In this document: piece after piece, positions 37,409 through 50,103 of the stretch
How the letters are laid out: each line of letters opens with the position of its first letter
Position numbering within the stretch: the first letter of the stretch is position 1
Assembly (NCBI RefSeq): GCF_963921235.1
Contig: NC_086097.1
Coordinates: 144,400,001 to 144,464,000 of the forward strand
Direction of reading: 5' to 3'
DNA from: Mobula hypostoma
Taxonomy: Eukaryota
Length of the DNA stretch: 64,000 nt
The notes under the pieces: generated by a model
What the model saw: the letters and a program-made list of their open reading frames with translations, nothing else
What the model was told of the DNA's origin: nothing
The model's database searches: none
Position numbers and translations under genes: made by a program

Positions 37409-38209
37409 AAGTTATCTCACAGTGAGCTGTTAGCTTGCTTGGCAAGTCCCTACCAGGAGAATTGAATGTTTGCCTTTAAATGCCTCACTTCAACCTGTGT
37501 GGTTCAGATATTGCTAAGTGGAGTAGTGCACCTGCCAGCATGATTTTCTACAGTCATAGAACCAAACAGGGGTACCCAATGAGACAAGAATTAGTCCAGA
37601 GGTGAATTATTGAATCAGATGTAGGTAGATTATAAATAATTTTAGTGCAGTCTTCTGAGAACTACAATTTATTCTCCTGGCTGATGTTATTGCTTGAAGA
37701 TGACTTCTCAAAGAGCTTGTTTTCTTTATTGCTCATTATGGAAACTGACATTTGTTCCTGACCATAATCACAGCTTATAATCAATTCAAATTACAGTTCT
37801 CAGAACTTGCTTTTCATGTCATAAATTAGAGACATATTATAAATTACAAGCATTTAGATACGTTTGTATCAGAAAATCACATGTTCACTTCAGGATGAGG
37901 CTGTCATAACAATAATTCTGGTATTACAAATAAGGGATTGTAAGAGTTTATATGTGCAAGGAGAGGGTTGCAGTTGGGAAAGGGCAGTCGCTGTTAATCG
38001 TATGATCTGCAAGAATGTAATAGTTCATACTAACCATCCCTAATTGGGGAGCTTTTGTAGGAAAGGGCAAACGCTAGTTCTTTGCTGTTTCATGGTGTGC
38101 CTGCCTGGAAATTGTTGGAGAAATAATGATTGGAACCTATGTACCTACTCCATGTGGTGATCAATCTAGTCTTCAATGCCACAGAGTGGAGCGATCTGCT
38201 TTGTGTATG

Positions 38210-38572
38210 TAGGGTACGGTGGTGGTTAAGTTACTAGCCTAATGATCCAGAGTCCTGGATTACCAGTCAAGAACCCAATTCAAGCCCCCACCATTTGGAG
38301 CTCTGAAATTTAAATTCAGATTAATGAAATGGATTTTAAAATCACACTATTTTAATAGGCTAATAACGACGATCATAAAGCTGCACTACTGTTCTAAAAA
38401 CCCATCAGAGGAGGAAATCTACCAGGTTAAATGTGAGTCCAAACCTACAGTGTGATTGACTACAAAATGCACAGAAATGGCCTGGCATGTCACTTCTTTC
38501 AAGGCAATTTGGGAATTGGCTATAAACACTGATCTTGCCAGTGATGCCGAGACTCTGGAAAGGAATAAATAA
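38210..38572 (+). mobile_element. Decayed tRNA-headed SINE with LINE-like tail
   Basis: Head ggtggtggttaagttactagcc...ttcaagcccccacc; tail ataaacactgatcttgccagtgatgcc, also seen at about 56610-56670. Confidence 0.5.
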
Positions 38573-38986
38573 GTGTAAACTCTGCTGGTCCAGGATGCAT
38601 AAAACTTTTATTTTTCAGTGATATGTGTCTGAAAATTGTTGATTTTCTTTTCCCCCTGAGTTGAACATGATTGCAACCACTACCAGGCCAAATTGCACCA
38701 CTGAGGAAATTCAATATTGGACTTCCTGTGGTGATTCATCATTGCATGTCTGACACATAGGATGACTTAATTTCCAACGCTTTGCTTCCTTTGGAGCATT
38801 GTGGGGAAATTAGGCCAGGTTGTCCCAAGATTAATATTGTGAAACATTCCTGGGACAACGTTTTCACAATACAGTGCTGGATTGAGACAGTCTCTTAGCT
38901 TTGAACCTTTGGGATCGCATGACCACCCCACCCCACCCCAGATGATCCACACACACAACAGAGGCCGACAGCCAAAATCCAATGTC

Positions 38987-39225
38987 ATAAACACAAGAGG
39001 TTCTGCAGATGCTGGAAATCCACAGCAATACACAAAATAATCCTAACACCTGCCAGTTTGTACTCTTTCCCCTCCCACTAGCTTCTTATTCTGTCTTCTT
39101 CCTCTTTTCTTCCCAGTCCTGATAAAGGGTCTTGGCCCGAAACATCGACTGTTTATTCACCTCTATAGCTGTTGCCTGACCTGCTGTGTTTCTCCAGCCC
39201 AGCGGTTTGTGTTTTGCTCAAGATT
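38987..39225 (+). mobile_element. PLE terminal-repeat insertion with inverted segment and mutated hammerhead
   Basis: Inverted piece at about 38987-39038, direct piece 39045-39225 containing CAGTC-CTGATAA-AGGGTCTTGGCCC-GAAA-CA-TC-GACTG; caatgtc duplicated at 38980-38986 and 39226-39232. Confidence 0.8.
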
Positions 39226-40425
39226 CAATGTCTCTTGCCAATACCCCATCTTCCTCCAAGCCACAGTGGTCTTTGTTCTATGATCGCCAGCTGTCATGAC
39301 CAGGCAACACAGAGATGTAGCAACGTAAGTTTGTGGCGAACCTTACTCAAAGCCTCAGAGGTACCTAACAAGAGAATGAAGAGTTATTTTTAGTTCAAGG
39401 GTTGTTTCAGAAAATGCTATGTTTTAGCCACATCAGCCTTGGTAAATTCTGGTAGTCAAAAATTTAATCTTATTTCTTTTTTTTTCCTCAGTGCTCTAAG
39501 TAATTACCTTTCAACATTGCAAAGGTGCCTTTCAGCATTGGTAGGTTGCAGAATCCACGGCATTGTCAGTCTTGCCCAAGGGATGTGTCACTAGAGTCAC
39601 TTGGCACTCATAAAACAGTCTGACACTGAGGGTAACTATTGCATCTCAGCTGGGGTGCCAGTCTGAGATCAGCCCTCACACCACATGGTGTGAGCTCCTG
39701 ATTGCTGGCAGCTAGCTGCTACCTTTTCAGTCTTCTGTGTCTTTGCACTGAAAATCTAGATCGTTTGCTAAAAAAACAACTCGTCACCTTACATTTTTAA
39801 AGACTAATGTTCAAAGGAGCATTTCTATATATCAGATGTAACCTTTGCTTCAGTTTGTTGTTTCCAGAACCAGTAGGGGAAACAATAGAACTTTTATAAC
39901 AGCAATAAGCATGCAAAAAAACCTTCAATTTTCCTTCTATAAGCTTTTTAGTTGGATACTCTGAAACCTCTGGAGCAGAGAGACCACATTCAGGTCTCGT
40001 TCAATTCCATGAAGATTTAATTGGCTGTGTTGGAAAGTGGCATAAACCCACAGCAACATCTTACCTCTGCCCTCATCAAAACCAGCTCAGTCAACATCTG
40101 GCAGGGGCTTTCCCTGATCTGCAGGATTGGGCAATTTCAAATATGTCCCTTGCACTAGCTTGGGCTGCAATCTCACCAAATAGCTCAGCCAATCCCACAA
40201 TGTGCCCAGCTGTTGATGCATGACAGTGGCAAATTAGTTATGTTGTTCATTGTTAGGTGGTGTAAAACACTCCTTAAGCTATCAGGAGGACTCAGTTATG
40301 ACCGGTTAGCTTTCCTATTTGGGAGAAATGGAACTGAAGGCTCGGAAGGTCTTTATCGAAAGAGAGGGCTTGATAGGACCAGAAGTTTTTGCTTTAATTG
40401 GAGGATTTGTCATCTCCAGGTTAAT

Positions 40426-40758
40426 AATAGTAATAGGCATCCGTTAGTCTCATGAGACCATGGATTTGCACCTTGGAAGGTTTCCAGGGCACAGGCCTGG
40501 GCAAGGTTGTATGGAAAACAAGCAGATGCCTATGCTACAAGTCTCCCCTCTCCACGCCACCGATGTTGACCAAGGGAAGGGCACTAGGACCCATACAGCT
40601 TGGCACTGGTGTCGTCACAGAGCAGTGTGTGGTTAAGTGCTTTGCTCAAGGACACACACGTTACCTCAGCCAAGGCTTGAACTTGAACCCTCAAATCACT
40701 AGACGAATGCCTTAACCACTTGGCCATGCGCCAGCACCATCTCCTCCAAACCATAAGC
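40426..40758 (-). mobile_element. tRNA-derived CORE-like SINE with 12-bp TSD
   Basis: Minus strand ggcgcatggccaagtggttaaggc...gttcaagcc head, gtgtccttgagcaaagcacttaacc CORE-like segment, (tat)n tail; TSD ctccaggttaat at 40414-40425 and 40759-40770. Confidence 0.8.
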
Positions 40759-43700
40759 CTCCAGGTTAATGCCATCTTAATGAGTAGAATTATGAGCAGA
40801 AAGACCTACCTTGCTTCTTAGTGTTCTTTTTCTTTCTACTAATAATATTTTGGACGCCAAGGAAGTGTAGTGGTTAGTGCAACACTATTACAGCTCAGGA
40901 CGTTTTGGAGTTCAATTCCAGCAGTACTTCTATGTTCTCTCCATGAACTCGGCTGGCTTCCTCTGATTGCTCTGATTTCTTCCCATAGTCCAAAGAAGTG
41001 CTGATTAGTAGGTTAATTGGTCATTGGAGATTGCCCTGTGATTAGGCGAGGGTTAACTAGGTGGGTTGCTGGATAGTGTGGCTCATTGGGCCAGAAGAAC
41101 CTGTTCCTGTGCTGCATCTCTAAAATTTGGGCTACTCAGTAAGCTGGAAACTTATGAATGGTTCATTTGGCATTGGTATTCTCACTTCTGCATCAGGAGC
41201 ATGGGGCTTAAAGTGACATTCCATTTTCATGAGTCGTGTAGGCTCGTGCAGTTGGGGAGTGCTGCACTGCCGGGCTGCCTATGTCCAGCTGAAACGTTGA
41301 ATTCGGTCTCTCAAATGGACAGAAAGTTTTGAAAGGAGCAGAGAGGCTGGCCCTGGTGTGTTGGTCAATGCCAAACCCTCAGCTAACACCACTAAAACAA
41401 ATTAGCAAGTAGAAACATGTGGAAGCTTTGTCAGTGCAATCTTATTACTGTATTGTTTTTTTTTGCAGTAGTCAGGTTATAAAGCTCTTTGGAATGTCTT
41501 GAGTTCATTAAAAGCAGTGAAAAAATTGTATTCTTTCTGTTTCTAAGTCTAGCAGAGGTGTTGGCTTTACCTTACACTCTGTGCTTAGCCCCATTCGTAC
41601 TGCATATTCGAAGTGCACAGATACTTGTGGTACTCCCACTTATTTGAGATCTATACAAGCATTTTCCAAGGTATGTTTGCCCACACCCATGGAGAGTTCT
41701 CTCCTCCATAGAATATTTCTGGTTTTATGTGGGGGAAAGGTAAGGGGATAGTCTAGTGTCGTTTTGTAATTAGATTAGTAATACAATGGGCTGAACTAAT
41801 ACAGAGAAATGAATTTCTATTCTGACTAAAATTTAAAAAAAATTGAATCTGATGAAGGGAAATAAAACTGAACTCACTAGCCCTTGTTAATCTGGACTCT
41901 CCATGTGGTAAAGGAAAGCTGCCAACCTCATGCCTCAAGACATGAGGGGATGGGCAGGGGCTGCGGCCTTTGAAATTAATTAAAATTTCATAAATCTGAA
42001 TTCTGATTCTACATGATTTACCAAAGGGAAGCTTGGGAAGCTGTCTTTATTGGGCAGTAAAGATATTTTAGTCATAATTCTACTTTTATTATTGTTTTTA
42101 TTGGTAAAAATTGCATTTAAGCGTACAAAGCATCTGGAATATTAACAGCCAAGATAGTTACTGATCACATGGGCAAGTCTATTTTTATCTACTTCTGACT
42201 TTATAAACTGTGCTGCAGTGCCTAGGGTGATCACAAGAGGGTGCTGCTCTGCTCATCCTTCAAACTGCATATGCTTTGCCAGGATGTGAAAGGGCACTGT
42301 TCATGATCCCTGACTGTCCAATCTGTTTTAGCTTCTCCACTTATATAAGATGTAGGGTTTTTTAACATAATTATAGTAATTTGAAATACAGTCCCAGAGA
42401 CTTTTTTATATTCCTTCAGATGAAAAGGAATAGTGTTCTGTTTGTTATACTCTGCTTACTAATTACGTGCTTCTTGTCTCATTCGTTCTGTCTGTGTGAT
42501 TCTCTTTCAGTATGAAAATGGGCATCTTGGACCATTGTGTGTGCCCACCATAACCTACCCATCTACACTAATCCTATTCTCCTTATTCTCTTTCACTTCC
42601 ATCAACTTGCAAGGTTCCGCCAGTCACTTACACACTGGGCATAATATACAATGGGAAGTTAATTTACCAGCCTGCATGTGTTTGGGATTTTGGGGGCAAA
42701 CCAAAGGAGCTAGAGAAAACTCATGCGGTCACCAAGCAAGTGCACAGACTCCACGTATACAGCTCAGCAGTTCAGGATTATACTTGGGCTCTTAACACTG
42801 AGAAGCGGTTCTACTGGCTTGAGGGGTGGGACTCGCAGGGGCAGGGAAGTCACAGACAGAATGCACATATTCCATACAATCACAGCCAGAGATCAAGATT
42901 AACTAGTGAGACAGCAGATTAATTGCCATCGGATCCCTACTCCAGCTGTTTTAGAGAAAGAAGATAGAATACAGTGAAGCTGACGATACAATTTGCATTG
43001 TAAATATTTTTGTATTACTGGTTTGGTCCTGTCCCTGTAGAAGTGACTTTAAGGTGTATTGTGCCTGAAGCAGAATTTGTACGTGAGCTTTGTCTTTTGC
43101 AGGTCATACAGCAACCAACTCCTTGATCTACCCTTCCTCTTCATCTCTTGGAGCATGTTTCCTTTCTCTCTTTGCCTGAGCCTTGAACTCTGAACTCTGT
43201 ACACTGAACCCTGAACCTTGAACCCTAAACTCCCCCTCTGTCCACCTTTGTTAACTTCAGTCTCTCTCTGTACTTTGCTACTAGATGCAATTTGAATTCC
43301 ACATTCTGGGTCATCTCCTTCTCCCCATCTTTTCACTGTATCCCTTATAGCCCACAACCCTTTCTTTCTCCAGAATCTCTGCTAATAACCCCTGCACCCT
43401 AACCTGCTCTTGGTTTCAGTAAAATAATTCTTAGCTCAATTTACCTTTCCTTGCCCCACATGATTTCTTACTTCTCACTTCCTCATATTTAGTTCATGTT
43501 CCCATGGGGTTTGAAAACAGTGCTACATGAACAACTTACTCTGATCAATTTTGGCAGTTTACTTCATTATAACTGAAAACAGAAATTAGATTACTTAAAA
43601 CTTTTTCCACAATGTCTGCCTCTTTCAATGACACTTGAATCCTGCGCTACATCAGGTAGCCGTGACTGCCCAAGCACTCCAGATGGTGTCTGTCTATTGT

Positions 43701-46700
43701 TTTAAACTGTGATCATGTAGCCCCCTTTCACTTTTAAAAAAATCCAGATTCTGTAGGTTCTTGGGCCTTGTCTAGGTCAAATGCCTGAATGTGCCTTTAT
43801 TAGGTGTATGATGCTATGGAGCACACTAGATCATACCTTGTGCGGGATAATTTCTCCATCAAGAGAGCATCAATAGTTAAATGAAACCAGGGACTGGAAA
43901 AATGCTTCAGTGAAGCAGCTGTAGCTATAATGCTTCCTTATAAAAATAAAATGAGATGGGCCAGTGCCAACTTGCAATGAGTGGAGCTGTCAAAAATGGT
44001 CTATTGCCTTTGACTAAGCCAATAATGTCATAAGGTAATGATGTCATCAAGGCTCATTCTGAAGGGAAATGCGCTAGGTTAGAGTATCTTTGGGACTCCT
44101 CTCTCTGATGGAGACTGTGGGTTAGAATGTTGCACTTTCACCTCCTTGATCTCTATCCAAGTCCAGCCCAGGCTGGTGGGATGGAAATGTAATGAGGGTT
44201 AGAACAGTGTTCATTCCTGTCCTTGATCTGGGTTCAGATTTGGGTGACAGGGATGAAGCAACCCTTTCTCTTCACTCTGTCTCACTTGCTTTCTTTCTCT
44301 CTCTCCACTCTATTTCTGCATATCACTCTATCAGTGTTTCATGAACTTTATCTTCCTTGCTGTTTCTTTTTCCACATTCTTTTCCATTTTTTTCTCTGTC
44401 CCTCTGGGGCCCTACTATATTTCTGCTTCTCTTGACCTATTTATCCCCTTTGAACCAATCCTTTTGTATTAGACTTTGCTCTACTTCATATCTTTTTTTT
44501 TGTCTACTCTTATTTTCTTTTTTCTTCGTCTTTCTCTATATCTTTTGCAATCCTGCTCTGATATAAATATCACTGAAGGAAGTGGAGATACTTGTGCAAA
44601 TATTTGGCAGAACGTATTCTGAATTTGGCGGGGTTAAGGTGCACTGGTGGGACAGAGTAGACAAAACTAAACTAATTTGATGTGTTTATGATATATCATT
44701 TTCCCCAGAGCTCATCATTAATGTTTCAAGGAGTATTCTTGAAATAATAAATAGCACTCAAAGGTCATGCAGCATTAAATCAAGTGCATAGTTTGGGGGA
44801 AAAAAGAATGAAAAAATGTGTGTTTCACCAGAAATGTTCAGTTTGCAGTTTTATGGGAGGCTCAAGTGTAACAAAATTAGATCTTTTTATCAAACATGTC
44901 AATTTTGAACAAAAGATTTTTGCAGCTGCTGAAACTAACAAGAGAAATAGGCTGCAATTCCGCTGATGCAAAGTCTGGTTTTATGGATATGTGACTGCAA
45001 AATAGCACTAATAATGTGGGAAGAGGTAATTACCCTGCTTAAATCCCAGATGTATTACTTTGTGCTTACCTGAGCCTTTAGCACGGGAGCTGTCTGCAGT
45101 GATCTACGCAATTTGAAGCAGTAAAATGTGAGCCTACCTGCAAGAGGGATGGGCTTCCTCTGTTCTGTGACTACCTGATGTTAGCTGTCTATGAGCACAA
45201 TTCTGTGCATAAGTTTGAGGCCAAAAGCAGAGGAGAATTGCCATACTCACAGAACCTAGAACAGCACAGTGCAGAAACTATGAAGGCTGTGCCAGTACAA
45301 ATTAATCCCATCGGTCTGCACTGTCCATATCCCTCCATTTCTTTCCTTGGTCAAGTGCATATCTAAATGCTTCTTAAACATTGCTATTGTATCTGCATAC
45401 TCTGGATCAGGAGACTGAGTTTTCAATTGCTGTAGTGGAATCTATAGTGACTGAGACCAAAATGTCCCTTCACACATCCCTGCCCTTGGATTCCCCAGAA
45501 GATTGGCAATAAGGTGAATTTTATGGAACATTCAAATGATATTTTAAAATTCTCAGATTACTTATCTATTTCAAATCCCACTTCAAGAGTCTCATCGTAG
45601 CATTTTTCAAATCAGTATGTTGGGAAGCAAAGGCATAGAGCTATGCCCTGTAATTTGGATTAAGAAACACTCAAATGTATCCTCTACAAGGTTTTTGGAA
45701 TTTTTAATTAAAGTTTGTATTTAAAACTTTGCTTTGACATCTGTATTCCAAGACTAACGGCACATGGAAGTCTTGTATTAGCCTATCTAAGACGAGGACC
45801 AGGGTGTTGAAATTGTTCTGATGTTTTTCTTTTTGATTCTTAGATTCCAGCTCACCCCACAATAACTGGATGTATCTCTTTTACTTTAAACGCCAGTTGA
45901 ATGACTGTTAGGACAACTGGTCTACTGTTCCTGCTAGCATTTTATGTAAGAAGTTGCAGGATGGCTGAGACATGGTGTGAAGAAAATTATGTTGGTATAT
46001 TGGGAGTGCCTGAGATTGGACATGAGCATACTGCTGGGAAGAACTGATAACGCTTTTATGACTATTTAACTAAGCAATACCTTATTGGTTCCAAAAGTTA
46101 ATATCCAAAATGGAATATAACCCATTTGTAGTATTTCTCTTCCACATGTTCATGAGCCTACCTTCCTGATTTGTGTTGTTATATTGATATTTATTTGTTC
46201 CTGATTTGTGTTATTGATATTTACTTATTAGCATGTCAATCTTGTCCTGTTTAGTTCATTCTCATTTTAAGACATGTTACAAAAGATATTGCCTTAAATC
46301 TATCGGAAAGAGAAGGCAGATTGAAATTCAGAGTGAAGAGCATTATGATAAAATACTCTTGAAATGTACCAATATTGTAATGAATGAATTCAAGGCCCAG
46401 TTTACACAAGATCCCATAAATGACATAATGACCAGGTCATTGATGTAACTGAAGTTGTTAAGTGAGAAACAAAAGATAAAATCTAATTATTGACTTCGAA
46501 GGAGTACCATGCCTCTAAGAGCTGGCAGGGCTTAATTTAAAGGCTCAGTGAAATAATGTTTCTGTCAACAGCCTTGTATTCCTCACTATAGACGACAGAC
46601 ATTGCTATGTGTTCAAGTTTCTGGCAAGGGATTTCCTCTTTGAGACTTTTGACAGTATTTCTTGCTGATAAGTTTAAACTGGTGAACATTTCATTAGTAA

Positions 46701-46841
46701 CATCGTTATGCTTCAAAGTGTCTGAAAATGTTTGGTACAATATAAAAGGAAATGTAACCATTTGTAAGTGCTCTTAATGGGGGTCCTTGCTTTGCTGAAG
46801 TTTCAGTCCTCATGTTTCATTTTCCCTCCTCTCCTTCACAG

Positions 46842-47101
46842 TTTAACTGGTAATGAACCACTCACCATCTTGCCTCTGACACAAGAGACAGAGCAGGCAC
46901 ACGGGAAGACCCACTTCAAGGTCTGTGATCGTCTGAAGCTGGAGCGGAAGCAGCGTCGAATGTGTCGGCGGGATCCGGGAGTGGCCGAGACCCTAATGGA
47001 AGCGATCAGTATGAGTGCCCTTGAGTGTCAGTACCAATTCAGATTTGAGAGGTGGAATTGCACTCTGGAAGGACGTTACAGGACGAGCCTTTTGAGAAGA
47101 G
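46842..47101 (+). CDS. wnt9a: Wnt9a coding exon 2
   Basis: Polypyrimidine tract and cag| acceptor ending 46841; first T completes the GG-T codon; encodes [13 protein letters not shown]...[60 protein letters not shown]; phase-1 donor G|gtcagt. Confidence 0.97.
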
Positions 47102-47986
47102 GTCAGTCACTCCTGCTTTTACATTGTGCATCTTTGGCGACCTATGTGTTTGAGGGGAAAGAGGGAAAACAATGGTAAAAAAGGTTACCTCATTGTTCGT
47201 TGAGGTACAACTTGCTCTCTGATAGTCCTTGGTTTTCTAGTTGAACACCACAGAACTAAATTGACAGCAGTGGAATAGAATAGGGGAAAAACATAGATTT
47301 GTGTTTTGGAAACAAAATCTCAAATGGAATGGTAGGTCCAATGTTACCATATTGTAAGGCAGTGCAATTGCAAGCATTTTATGCTGTTTATTTGGTTCTT
47401 ATGTTCAATTTTACCCTGACCTCTTTCCTTTTGCACTACGGTAGTGTAATGGATGCCACAGTACTGTAATGGTTAGCGTGGCATTATTACAGCTTGGGGC
47501 ATATCTGAGTTCAGAATTCAATTCTGACGCCGCCTGTAAGGAGTTTGTATGCTCTCCCCGTGCAATGCTTGGGTTTCCTCCCACAGCCCAAAGGTGTACC
47601 AGTTAGGACATTAATTAGTAAATTGTCCCGTGATCAGGCTTGGGTCAAATAGATGGATTTCTGGATGGTGCTGCTCGCTGGGCCAGAAGAGCCTGTTCGT
47701 GCTGTATCTCTGAATAAGAATAAAAGTAAATAAGTCTTTCAATTTCCTTCCCAGTCACCCCTCCCATTCCATTAATCCAACACCCGCCCCAACCACCTCA
47801 CACACTTTTTTGTCTTTTTACAGGTTTTAAGGTATATAGTCAGGAGTTCTTTTTCCCTATCCAAGCTTTGCCTGCCAAAGTGGGTGAAAATTCTCAGGTG
47901 AATTTTCCTTTTTTGGAAGGAGGGTGTTTGTGCAGTGAGTGAGACCTTATTGAACACCTTTCATTATTTGTACATCTCCCCCTATA

Positions 47987-49153
47987 TGTGCTGTAGAGGG
48001 AGAGGGAACTGTCTGCTTAATGTGCTGTGCTAATAACTGAATGAAGGACGACAAGTTATTAGCCAGACTCTCACCTCAGAGTTTAGAGAAAAGGGACAAA
48101 GTCCTGTGTAGAAAAAGGGAAACATCACTGGTATTCAAGAGTTAGTCTTGGATTTGCATTTCACCTCTGAGTAAGCAGGCTAAAATGGACAAAAATAATT
48201 GTGGAAGAGTGCTTTCAGCAGATGGTCACCGTTTCGGTGAATGTGGTAACAAAGAAATTGTTAGATGAGAAAAATGCGATCCATGTTGTTCCCCTCTTAA
48301 TTTTGCAGTGGCTGCATGATACGACAGTAATGGTATCGTTGACAAATCATTTTAGTCAATTTGTTTTCAACAAACCCAGACGTGAGGCAGGCAAAACTTC
48401 AGCTTTAAGAATCATAGGTGTAAAGAACTGTTCTGCCCAAGCAGAATAAACTTGCCACATGGCATGTCTGAAAAGGCTTGTACTATATTGCAGAATACTA
48501 AAATAACCTCCCCAATTTCCACTTAATCAGTATTAACTGATTTCACTACCTCACTTTTCATAATGTGCTCATGCACCCACTCATTAATCTAGTGTATCCA
48601 AAGGTCCACAGGCTTTATCGTCAGGTATTCCACTGTCCTTGCTCCTCAGTCACCCCTTCAGTCCATATGACTAATGCAAGCTGCCACTTGCTTCAAGGTT
48701 TCCATCAAGGGCAACACCTGAACTATGTGTCTTGATATTGGAAACAGCACCTCTCAGGAGACTGATGGCCTTTTCAGAGCTTTGGGAAAGTGGTTCCAAG
48801 TGCAATGACCTCAGTCCATTATACAGTAGACATGAGCCTCTGGCCCCGAAGCTGCATTCTAATGCAACTCAACATTGGGCAGTCTCGCTCAGGAAAAAAA
48901 CTCCGGGGTAGATGATGTCGGAAATTAAATATCACACTGGTGGAGTAATGGATATTTTTCTTGGCGTTGCTGCTGAGTCACATTTCTAGAACTAGCAAAG
49001 GATTTAGTGGCATTTGAAGTTGTGCTGTAGAGGGGGAGGGAACTGTCTAATGTGCTGTGCTAATAACTGAATGAAGGTGGACAAGTTATCAGCCAGACTC
49101 TCACCTCAGGGTTTAGAGAAACGGGACAAAACCCTGTGTGGAAAAGGGGAATC
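47987..49153 (+). repeat. ~135-bp direct duplication (47987-48123 and 49021-49153)
   Basis: tgtgctgtagaggg...ctaataactgaatgaagg...agccagactctcacctcag...gggaa present twice with scattered substitutions and one 4-bp indel. Confidence 0.9.
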
Positions 49154-49967
49154 TTGTCAGCAAGAGCAACAGAAGTGTCATGGAGAGGAGGGAAAGGGGA
49201 ATAACAGGAAGTGAGCAGGAAAATGAGGCAAAAGGGTCTGGAGAGAAAAGAACATTTAGGTGGGGAGAACGAGACAAGATTAAGTAAAAAAAAGACCAGA
49301 TTAATGAAGGATGAGACAGAAAGAATGGAAGAGGTTGTCAAAGGGATAAAACACTAGATAAAATTAAAAATCATGCCAGCAAGAAAATCTTGACACTGAT
49401 CTGAGTTAAAAATTATTACTTTTCTTTCTGTGATAGACCTAAAACAAGAATGAAAAGTGACACCTCAAAGGAGGGAGAGGGAGAAGAAATGATTGAAGGA
49501 AATCATTACAGTTGATAAAAAATGCAGAAGAATACATGGTGTTGAACCACCCTCTGTCAATCCATGTTTTGATACTGGACTTGATATCCAGAGGCCGTGG
49601 GTATATGAGAGCTTAACATTTATTTGAGTAATGATTGTATTAGCTGTGAGATGTTATGGAAATCCTACTGGCTCAGACTGTCCTTTTGGGGGCTGGATAA
49701 CATTTTTCTCAGGGCAAATCACCAGCGACACTTGTATCTTGGGAATAATAGAGGATAAAAAGAACTGTGAAAGTCAAGAGTGAAATTCCTCATGTTTACA
49801 ATCGTAGTGTATAGGTCATTCTGACCTGCTTAATACTTGAGCTGACTTTAAGCAACACCAGGGACATGTGATACAGCTATAAAACTGTAAAAATGTAAAA
49901 AAGGAGTAGGCCATTCAGACCTTGTGGCTAGTACATGCAGAAGGAAAAATGAAACATATAAATGACC

Positions 49968-50103
49968 ACAAACATGAGAAAATTTGCAGGTGCTGGAAAT
50001 CCAAGGCAGAAACACAAAATGCTGGAGGAACTCAGACGGTCAGCCAGCATCTATGGAAATTAATAAACAGTTAATGTTTCATGCTGAGATCCTTCATCAG
50101 GAC
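49968..50103 (-). mobile_element. PLE terminal-repeat fragment beginning at the hammerhead motif
   Basis: Minus strand gtc-CTGATGA-aggatctcagcat-GAAA-cattaactg followed by the shared gatgctggctgacc...ttccagcacctgca tail. Confidence 0.75.

Noticed and set aside
46768..46841. ORF 46768-47178 as a stand-alone Wnt with its own signal-like N-terminus
   Set aside because: It starts at GTG in the intronic polypyrimidine tract; the acceptor at 46841 is phase-compatible with the true exon 1.
47987..49153. LTR retrotransposon/TRIM interpretation of the direct repeats
   Set aside because: Repeats start with TG, but there is no shared CA end, no polypurine tract before the second copy, no TSD, and only a poor PBS-like tggtattc; kept only as an unexplained duplication.
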